From an uncultured Rikenellaceae bacterium (GTDB lineage: Bacteria > Bacteroidota > Bacteroidia > Bacteroidales > VadinHA17): a stretch of DNA of 64,000 nucleotides. The translations under genes were made by a program, and so were the position numbers. This document shows positions 7,781 to 14,941 of the stretch, piece by piece (position 1 is the stretch's first letter; every line of letters starts with the position of its first letter). The stretch spans positions 1,097,337-1,161,336 of the forward strand of contig CAWFSO010000002.1 of assembly GCA_963818525.1 (NCBI GenBank), in the 5' to 3' direction. The notes beneath the pieces were generated by a model. That model ran no database searches and had not been told where the DNA came from. It worked only from the letters and a program-made list of their open reading frames with translations.

Positions 7781-10735
7781 ATGAAAAATATATGGTTTCC
7801 TGTTCTCATGGCTATGGCTCTGATTTTTACTTCACCCGCAAGCGGCCAGTCGAACGTGGGAAAAATACCCTGGCAAAAATATATTGATGACCCAAGGGTT
7901 GACAGCATAATTAACACTCTGACCGTAAGGGAGATGATTGCCCAACTGATCTGGGTGCCCGCATGGGCCTCGGAGAAGGGCGACAATATCCGGCAGGTAG
8001 AGGATCTTGTGTCAAAGTACGGGATAGGAGGCGTAATTTTCTTCGAGGGCACGCGTGACAGGCAGGTCGAATTCACCGGGCGAATAAAGAAACTTACGAA
8101 GATTCCTCTGATCATTGCACAGGATGCCGAATGGGGAACCGGCATGCGGCTCAGGGAGATCGAGGATTTCCCATACCAGATGACTCTCGGTGCGCTGCAG
8201 GATGATTCGCTCATCTACAGGATGGGTGCCGCTGTTGCATGGCAGTGCCGTGACCTTGGTGTCAACGTCAACCTGGCTCCTGTGGCCGATGTGAACAACA
8301 ATCCGCTCAATCCGGTCATAAACTACCGGTCGTTCGGCGAAGACCCCGCCAAGGTCTCAGCCAAAGCCGTGATGTACATGAAAGGGCTTCAGGACAACGG
8401 CGTTATGGCCTGTGCCAAGCACTTCCCGGGTCACGGTGACACTGATGTCGACTCGCACACTGGACTGCCCGTAATAAGGAGTGATCGCCGTCGCTTTGAC
8501 AGTGTCGAACTGGTACCTTTCAGGCATCTTATCGATGCAGGCATCGGCTCCGTTATGACCGCGCACATTAACGTGCCCGGACTAGATAATACGCCTCGCC
8601 TGCCGGCAACGTTTTCACGGAAGGTGATCACGGGAATACTGAAGGAGGAGGCCGGTTTCAGGGGACTGATCCTTACCGATGCAATGAACATGGCAGGAGC
8701 CACGCTTACATACCCTTCGGGGATTGCCGAAGCTGAAGCACTGAAGGCCGGTAATGACATAATTGAATACTCCACCGATCCTTTACGCGCCATTGACGAG
8801 ATAGCCCGCAGGGTCGAGCGGGGAGAGCTGGCTGTGGAAGAGATCACCTCGAGGTGCCGGAAGCTGCTGGCAGCCAAGTTATGGCTTGAGAGCCGCGATA
8901 ATGCGGCGGGCGGTGAAGCAACTGACAAAATTGTTATACCAGCATCAGCTCATCCGGCGCTGATAAGAGATCTCTACGCCAGCGCCATGACACTTATTGA
9001 AAACAATGAAAACCTGTTACCCCTGGGGCGCCTTGACAGGATACGCATTGCCACCGTCTCGGTCAACCGGCTGGCGATGACCGAATTCCAGAGGATGACC
9101 GACAGGTATACAAACGCTGATCATTACTTTATTGATCCAGGCAATGAACAGGGAGCCCAGTTTGTACTCTCGAAGCTGAAGGACTATGATGTGGTCATTG
9201 CCGGTTTCTGTGCGCTTGAACAAAAACCGGCAGGGGCATACGGAGTGACGCCTCAGCTTAATTCGGTTTTCAGGCAGATTGCAGAACTTAAGAGGTCGGC
9301 AGTCATATGGTTCGGTAATCCCTACGGGATCGACAGGCTCGACATGACTGTCAAGCCTACTGCCCTGCTGGTTGCCTACCAGGACAACAATTATACCCAT
9401 CAGACGTCAGTGCAGGTGCTGTTCGGAGCACTGGGTGCCAGCGGACGGCTGCCGGTTACGATCAATGACGCTTATCCTGAAGGTTACGGAATCAAGACCC
9501 CCGGAGGCATCAGGCTCCAGTTCGGATTCCCCGAGAATGCAGGCCTCTCCTCTGAGAGACTTATCAGCAAGGTTGACTCAATAGTGCAGGAGGGTCTCGA
9601 TACACTGGCCTATCCCGGATGCCACGTCCTCATCGCCCGCAGGGGAATTGTAGTACTGAACAAGTGCTACGGCTTTCACCTTTACGACAGCACTGAGGCA
9701 GTATCGGAACACGACCTGTGGGATCTGGCTTCGGTGACAAAGGTATCGGCCGGAACGCCTTCCCTGATGCTGCTTAATGACAGAGGTTTATTCGATCCGG
9801 ACGTGACCCTCGGGCATTACCTGCCATGGTTCAGGTTCTCCGACAAGGGTGACATGGTTCTGCGTGACATGCTTGCCCACCAGTCAGGTTTAAGGTCATG
9901 GATACCATTCTGGAGATATACCATGGAAGATGACAGCACCTTCAGGCGAGGTGTATTCAGCGATGTCGGGAACAGGAAATTTGCGTTGCCGGTAACCGAC
10001 TCTCTGTACATGAACAGGCACTATCTCAAGGAGATGTTCCGGGAGATACGAGACAGTCCCAAAGGTCCGCAGAAGTATGTCTATTCTGACCTCACCTTCA
10101 TTCTTGCAGCTGAGATAGTTGAGAGTCTGACAGATACAACGATCGACAGGTTTGCCCCCGCAAACCTGTACCGTCCCATCGGGGCGTTTAACATCACCTA
10201 CAATCCGCTTGAAAAATATCCGAAAGAGCGTATCGTACCCACAGAATATGATTCCCTCTTCCGCAAGCAGCTGTTAAGGGGAACGGTGCATGACGAAGGC
10301 ACGGCCATGCTGGGAGGCGTATCGGGTCATGCAGGGCTCTTCGCCACTGGCAATGACCTTTTGAAGCTGATAGAGATGTACCGCAGGGGAGGTGAGTACG
10401 GCGGGGTGAGGGTTCTCAGCAGGGAGGTGCTTAGTGAGTACACCAGGGTGCAGTTTCCCGGGAATGAGAACCGGAGGGCGCTGGGGTTTGACAAGCCGCT
10501 GCTAGGTAACGACACCATTCCACCGGAAGAGGCATATCCGTGTCCGTCTGCCTCGCCCTCAAGTTTCGGTCACTCGGGCTTTACAGGTACGTTCATCTGG
10601 GTTGATCCGGAGGCTGAGATATCATACGTATTCCTGAGCAACAGGGTCTACCCTACCCGCAACAACAACAGGCTGTCCGATCTCTCGATACGGGGAAGGA
10701 TACTGCAGGCGACCTATGATTCAATAATAGAGTAA
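7781..10735 (+). CDS. Exported bifunctional protein: GH3 beta-N-acetylhexosaminidase (NagZ-like) N-terminal half fused to a serine beta-lactamase/PBP-like hydrolase C-terminal half
   Basis: GH3 motif KHFPGHGDTDVDSH. The C-terminal half has SxxK (DLASVTK), YSD and HSG motifs of the beta-lactamase fold. Signal peptide MKNIWFPVLMAMALIFTSPASG. ATG 7772 is also possible. Confidence 0.85.
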   Translation: MKNIWFPVLMAMALIFTSPASGQSNVGKIPWQKYIDDPRVDSIINTLTVREMIAQLIWVPAWASEKGDNIRQVEDLVSKYGIGGVIFFEGTRDRQVEFTGRIKKLTKIPLIIAQDAEWGTGMRLREIEDFPYQMTLGALQDDSLIYRMGAAVAWQCRDLGVNVNLAPVADVNNNPLNPVINYRSFGEDPAKVSAKAVMYMKGLQDNGVMACAKHFPGHGDTDVDSHTGLPVIRSDRRRFDSVELVPFRHLIDAGIGSVMTAHINVPGLDNTPRLPATFSRKVITGILKEEAGFRGLILTDAMNMAGATLTYPSGIAEAEALKAGNDIIEYSTDPLRAIDEIARRVERGELAVEEITSRCRKLLAAKLWLESRDNAAGGEATDKIVIPASAHPALIRDLYASAMTLIENNENLLPLGRLDRIRIATVSVNRLAMTEFQRMTDRYTNADHYFIDPGNEQGAQFVLSKLKDYDVVIAGFCALEQKPAGAYGVTPQLNSVFRQIAELKRSAVIWFGNPYGIDRLDMTVKPTALLVAYQDNNYTHQTSVQVLFGALGASGRLPVTINDAYPEGYGIKTPGGIRLQFGFPENAGLSSERLISKVDSIVQEGLDTLAYPGCHVLIARRGIVVLNKCYGFHLYDSTEAVSEHDLWDLASVTKVSAGTPSLMLLNDRGLFDPDVTLGHYLPWFRFSDKGDMVLRDMLAHQSGLRSWIPFWRYTMEDDSTFRRGVFSDVGNRKFALPVTDSLYMNRHYLKEMFREIRDSPKGPQKYVYSDLTFILAAEIVESLTDTTIDRFAPANLYRPIGAFNITYNPLEKYPKERIVPTEYDSLFRKQLLRGTVHDEGTAMLGGVSGHAGLFATGNDLLKLIEMYRRGGEYGGVRVLSREVLSEYTRVQFPGNENRRALGFDKPLLGNDTIPPEEAYPCPSASPSSFGHSGFTGTFIWVDPEAEISYVFLSNRVYPTRNNNRLSDLSIRGRILQATYDSIIE

Positions 10736-10739
10736 GAAA

Positions 10740-10869
10740 ATTTGCGATTGTCGATTTTCGATTTTCGATTGGGGTATATCAGAAACCGGCATTCGCAACC
10801 GCCATTCTCAATTTGCAAATGACCATTCGGAGATCACCATTCGCAAATCGCACATCGACAATCGCAAAT
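10740..10869. repeat. Inverted heptamer-repeat element: left arm 10740-10770 (TTTGCGA/TTGTCGA/TTTTCGA units), right arm 10839-10869 (reverse-complement units)
   Basis: Read directly. 10740-10754 (atttgcgattgtcga) is the perfect reverse complement of 10855-10869. The interior also holds four CCATTC(G/T)NA-like units. Confidence 0.9.
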
Positions 10870-10899
10870 AAAAAAAGCCGTTTTTCACGGCTTTTTTTT
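10869..10899. terminator. Bidirectional intrinsic terminator (A-tract, short GC hairpin, T-tract)
   Basis: aaaaaaa-GCCG-tttttca-CGGC-tttttttt. It could serve the + strand GH3 gene and the - strand tRNA-Leu. The stem is short, so strength is uncertain. Confidence 0.55.
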
Positions 10900-10902
10900 G
10901 TG

Positions 10903-10986
10903 TGCCCAGGACAAGACTCGAACTTGCACACCCTTGCGAGCACCAGCCCCTCAAGCTGGCGTGTCTACCAATTTCACCACCTGGGC
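10903..10986 (-). tRNA. tRNA-Leu (anticodon GAG), type II with long variable arm; CCA not encoded
   Basis: Manual fold: acceptor GCCCAGG/CCTGGGC, anticodon stem CCAGC/GCTGG with loop TTGAGGG, long variable arm, T-loop TTCGAGT, discriminator A. Confidence 0.9.
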
Positions 10987-11004
10987 AGGGGGTTTTTGCG
11001 GGGA

Positions 11005-11012
11005 CAAATATA
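11005..11012 (-). promoter_or_regulatory. Candidate -7 promoter box TATATTTG for tRNA-Leu(GAG)
   Basis: TAnnTTTG on the minus strand, 18 nt upstream of the mature tRNA 5' end. Confidence 0.45.
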
Positions 11013-11056
11013 TAAATTTTTTCAAAACAGAGCGTAGCCGAAAAAATAAAACCTGT

Positions 11057-11677
11057 TCAAATAAGCTTCTCCTCGAGTGCTATCTTAACAAGTACTGCAG
11101 TATTTCGGGCGTTAAGCTTAAAGAGCAGGTTTTTCCGGTAGCTGTTCACAGTTTCAACACCCAGGAAAAGTTTGCCGGCGATTTCCTGGTTTGTAAAACC
11201 GTCGACGATAAGGCGGAGCAGGTCTGTTTCACGGGGAGTCAGAAAAACATGACGGTCAGATTGCTTCTTCAGAAACAGGTCTATTTCATGACAGAGAAAT
11301 ATGTCACCCTGTGATACAGCCCTTATCCCTGCGATGATCTCTTCAGGCATGGCATTCTTCAGCAGATAGCCTTTTGCTCCGTTATCGAGCATCTTACGGA
11401 CGCTTGTGTACTCGCTGTAGCTTGTAAGGGCCACAATATTTATCTGAGGCCATTTGCCGTTTATGTCCTTGCATAAATCAATGCCGCTAACGTCAGGCAG
11501 GTTGATATCAAGAAGTAGTACATCCGGCTTTTCGGCTGCGAGCATCCGCATGCATTGCCTGCCGTTCATTGCGGTGCCGGTGATTATTGCTTCGCCCGAT
11601 CCTTCTATCAGTTTTTTCAATCCGTCGATCACCAGGGGGTGGTCATCGACAATGGCCACTTTAATCATTCCATCCAC
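11057..11677 (-). CDS. Two-component response regulator, NarL/LuxR family
   Basis: REC domain (VAIVDDHPLV, LLLDINLPD) plus C-terminal LuxR HTH (LTPRETDLLRLIVDGFTNQEIAGKL). Lies 3 nt downstream of the kinase gene. Confidence 0.9.
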   Translation of the reverse strand: MDGMIKVAIVDDHPLVIDGLKKLIEGSGEAIITGTAMNGRQCMRMLAAEKPDVLLLDINLPDVSGIDLCKDINGKWPQINIVALTSYSEYTSVRKMLDNGAKGYLLKNAMPEEIIAGIRAVSQGDIFLCHEIDLFLKKQSDRHVFLTPRETDLLRLIVDGFTNQEIAGKLFLGVETVNSYRKNLLFKLNARNTAVLVKIALEEKLI

Positions 11678-11680
11678 TTG

Positions 11681-13615
11681 TTAGGTTAGAAAATCAACAT
11701 GTACTTCAGTTCCGTTGCCGGGTGATGAGAGGAAGTCAAGCTGACCGCTGAGCGACTCAACCCTTGAACGGATACTGTTCAATCCGGTTGTTTTTGTGGT
11801 ATCAGTGTTTTCGACATCAAAGCCACATCCGTTATCCTGTACCACCATGCTGATGCGATTGGGTTCAAAGATAAGCTGAACGTTTATCTGGCTTGCCCCC
11901 GAGTGCTTAATTGAATTATTTACCAGTTCCTGTATGATCCTGAACAGCGTTATTTCCAGTTTCTCGTCAAGACGGCGCTCTTCACCGTAGAAATGGAGAC
12001 CGACCTGTTCGATGTTGCCGCAGAAGTCTGTCACCGCCGCCTTAAGACCGTAACGCATAAGCGATTCCGGCATCAGGTTGCGTGCCACCCGTCTCAATTC
12101 GGTTATGGAATTATCAAGCAGGCCCAGTGCATTCTGAAACAGAGGCACATCTGATTCGGGCAAAACGAGATTCCCCTTCATATCTATAAGTTTTAGTTTA
12201 ACTACTGAAAGCATTCCGCCCAGACCGTCATGGAGGTCGCGGGCAATACGGGCACGTTCCGATGTTTCGCCCTTAAGTACGGCCTGTGTGGCAATGAGCT
12301 GCTTCTCCTGTTCGAGCTGAAAAACCTGTTGTTCAGCCAGGTCTTTTTTATGACTGATGGCCTTTTGCCGGAAAAATAATGAGGCGATGACAAGAAGGGA
12401 AATCAGGGCCCCAAGAACCGTGATGGCTATACCCAGTCTCTTCTGCTTCTCAAGTGCGGTCAGTTTGAGCTCTTTCTTTTCGGTTTCATACCTTGTCTGC
12501 ATCTCAGTCATGGCATTCTGATACTCCCTGCTTGCCCTGTAGTCAATAGCCCTGCGATAGATGTCAAAGTATTTAAGTGCGTTTATGGCATCACCCGTCT
12601 CTATCCCTGCCCTGACAACATTTGCAGCCATGTTACTGTATATGTTCAGGTCGGTGGTATCAGTCGCAATTGCTTTGAGTGCATATTCTTTACTTTCATC
12701 ATACCGGCCCTGATGAAAATAGATGTTCGACAAGTTATTCTGCAATGATGCTATGTTTCCAGGGTAACCAAGTTCCTCGGCCAGTGCCAGCCCCTTCTTT
12801 GCATACTCCTCTGCTTTGTCAAAATCATTGAAATGTGCATAGTAAACCTCTGAGATTGTCTGCGCGGCTAACGCTTCCGTCTGCATATCTCCGATGGCCT
12901 TTCCGATTTTTTCAGACCTCAGAGTATAGTCAAGTGCCTTTTCGTATTCCTTTTTGCTGCAGTAAATAATGCCCAGTCCGTTATAAGCCTGGGCCAGCCC
13001 CCACTGATCATCAAGTTCAATACTCAGTTTTTCCGCCTGCAGATAGTACTTTTCCGCCTCATCAAAATTCTGAAGACTGGCGTACAGAACCCCGATATTT
13101 CCAAGGACCCTGCGAACACGCGGTTTGTTCCCCGATTCCTCAAAGACAGGAAGAGTCTTCAGGTAAAGCTCAAGGGCCTTTTGATACTCTCCGTTGAGAT
13201 TATAAAGATTTGCCCTGGCGAAATTGACCAGTGCCTGCAGATTCCCGTCACCAATTTTTACGGCATACTCCATTGCCCTGTCAAAAAAGAGATGTGCTGT
13301 GTCAAGTTGGCTTGCCATATAATAGGCCACCCCCAGATTACGGTACAGAGTGCCTGCCATTAACAGGTCATTTTCCTTTTCAGCAAGGGTAATGCCTTCC
13401 AGTGCATATCTTTTTGATTTGTCAAAATCTGAGTTAAGATATCCCCAGCTGAGGTCATCGCAGATTTTTATCCTTTCGGCCGGCTTTAGGACGGCGGTCG
13501 CAAGTACATTCTCCAGCGAATCCAGATCCTGAGCGGCTGCCTGGCAGATAAAAAACAGGCATAACAGAAGTGTTACGGTCAGTAGTTTTTGAAAACGGTT
13601 CAGGATTGTAATCAT
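11681..13615 (-). CDS. TPR-repeat sensor histidine kinase (HisKA_3 / HATPase_c)
   Basis: N-terminal signal/TM, multiple TPR-like repeats, one TM helix (ITVLGALISLLVIASLFF), H-box ARDLHDGLGG, and a C-terminal ATPase with GNGTEV. Confidence 0.88.
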   Translation of the reverse strand: MITILNRFQKLLTVTLLLCLFFICQAAAQDLDSLENVLATAVLKPAERIKICDDLSWGYLNSDFDKSKRYALEGITLAEKENDLLMAGTLYRNLGVAYYMASQLDTAHLFFDRAMEYAVKIGDGNLQALVNFARANLYNLNGEYQKALELYLKTLPVFEESGNKPRVRRVLGNIGVLYASLQNFDEAEKYYLQAEKLSIELDDQWGLAQAYNGLGIIYCSKKEYEKALDYTLRSEKIGKAIGDMQTEALAAQTISEVYYAHFNDFDKAEEYAKKGLALAEELGYPGNIASLQNNLSNIYFHQGRYDESKEYALKAIATDTTDLNIYSNMAANVVRAGIETGDAINALKYFDIYRRAIDYRASREYQNAMTEMQTRYETEKKELKLTALEKQKRLGIAITVLGALISLLVIASLFFRQKAISHKKDLAEQQVFQLEQEKQLIATQAVLKGETSERARIARDLHDGLGGMLSVVKLKLIDMKGNLVLPESDVPLFQNALGLLDNSITELRRVARNLMPESLMRYGLKAAVTDFCGNIEQVGLHFYGEERRLDEKLEITLFRIIQELVNNSIKHSGASQINVQLIFEPNRISMVVQDNGCGFDVENTDTTKTTGLNSIRSRVESLSGQLDFLSSPGNGTEVHVDFLT

Positions 13616-13679
13616 GGTTTACCTATTATAATCTAAAGATGGGTAAAACTTTTTGACATTCATCTGCAATCTGTCAGTA

Positions 13680-13687
13680 CAAAGATA
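13680..13687 (-). promoter_or_regulatory. Candidate -7 promoter box TATCTTTG for the kinase/regulator operon
   Basis: TAnnTTTG on the minus strand, about 65 nt upstream of ATG 13615. Confidence 0.3.
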
Positions 13688-13835
13688 TTTTGACGCATAG
13701 AAATCAGATACCCCTTTTTGGGGGTAAAAGCAGATTTGTCATACCTCCTACATTCGTAAGATAAAATTCACCTGTTTCAACAAATGCATAATTCAATAAC
13801 AAATGCTCACAGTCCTCACTAATAGAAATTACATT

Positions 13836-14885
13836 ATGAAAAGAAGCTATCTGATTCTTGTTACGCTCATCTGCAGTCTCAACCTCTTTGCCCAGGGATA
13901 CAAACTGCCTTCCTACTACTCCCAGCGTGAATTAAAGGCGCCGGTTGCTGTAAAAGAACAGCTTGAACTCATGAGAAGGGAAATTACAGCCAAAGACCTT
14001 AAATACCAGGTCGGTTATACATCTGTTTCGGAGGTGCCTCTGGAAAAATTCCCCATTGTGAAAGTACCTGCACCTGAAATAGGTGGGAAGATGAGATCAG
14101 AAATTCAACCTGATGTTACAGAGTCAGCCAAATTATCTGTTTCTCAGGACAAGCTATCAAAGGAGGCGGTATCACAATTCGTCTATGGAGAACCTTGGGC
14201 GAGGAGTCTTGACCTTCGGAAAGCAGGTTTTGTCACACCTGTACGCGACCAGAAGGAGGCATACGGTGCATCATGGGCATTTGCTACCATGGCAGCATAC
14301 GAGAGCAGTTACAAAATAATTACTAAAAAGGAGATTAATGCTTCAGAACAGTTTGTACTGGACTGCTCAGGGGCAGGTACCTGGAAGTCTGGAGACCCTT
14401 TTTCGATATTTCTGTGGATGACGAAGGACAGGAGAAAAGTTGCAGACGAAAGCTCAGTGCCTTATACAGGCTCTCCAATGAAATGCAACGGAGCATCCCC
14501 GGCAACTGATTATTATGCAACAGAATGGGGGCTTGTTAGTGCTAACAACTATAGCATCCCGACAGTAAGCGAGATAAAGTGGGCAATATGCATGCACGGG
14601 GCTATTGTAGCAGGTGTTAATGTTACTGATTCCTTCAAGAATTATGTTGAGGGAATTTTCATTGGTCACAAAACCAACAAGATCTTTGGCTGCAATCATA
14701 TAGTAACAATTATTGGTTGGGATAATTGGAAAGCATGCTGGCTGATAAAGAACTCATGGGGGACTGACTGGGGAAGCGAATGCGGTTACGGGTCTGAAAG
14801 GGGTTATATGTGGTTAGACTACGATTCAAATAATATTGGTTATCTGGCTACATGGGTTCAGGCCTCACAGACAGGACTGAAATAG
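13836..14885 (+). CDS. Secreted papain-family (C1) peptidase homologue with Ser in place of the nucleophile Cys
   Basis: Signal peptide MKRSYLILVTLICSLNLFAQG. Gln-19 equivalent in VRDQ, then GASWAF instead of GSCWAF (Ser codon TCA 14271-14273). His in CNHIVTIIGW (14697-14699). Asn in IKNSWGTDWG (14751-14753). Confidence 0.8.
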   Translation: MKRSYLILVTLICSLNLFAQGYKLPSYYSQRELKAPVAVKEQLELMRREITAKDLKYQVGYTSVSEVPLEKFPIVKVPAPEIGGKMRSEIQPDVTESAKLSVSQDKLSKEAVSQFVYGEPWARSLDLRKAGFVTPVRDQKEAYGASWAFATMAAYESSYKIITKKEINASEQFVLDCSGAGTWKSGDPFSIFLWMTKDRRKVADESSVPYTGSPMKCNGASPATDYYATEWGLVSANNYSIPTVSEIKWAICMHGAIVAGVNVTDSFKNYVEGIFIGHKTNKIFGCNHIVTIIGWDNWKACWLIKNSWGTDWGSECGYGSERGYMWLDYDSNNIGYLATWVQASQTGLK

Positions 14886-14941
14886 ACCCGGGAGAATATA
14901 CTAAGTAAATTTTATAGAACTTTAATTAAACACCGAAGAAC

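Noticed and set aside
10813-11314. ORFs 10813-11037 and 10898-11314 spanning the repeat element, terminator, tRNA-Leu and the response-regulator 3' end
   Set aside because: They read through a tRNA gene, a terminator and heptamer repeats and run antisense to the regulator gene, so they are not plausible coding sequence.
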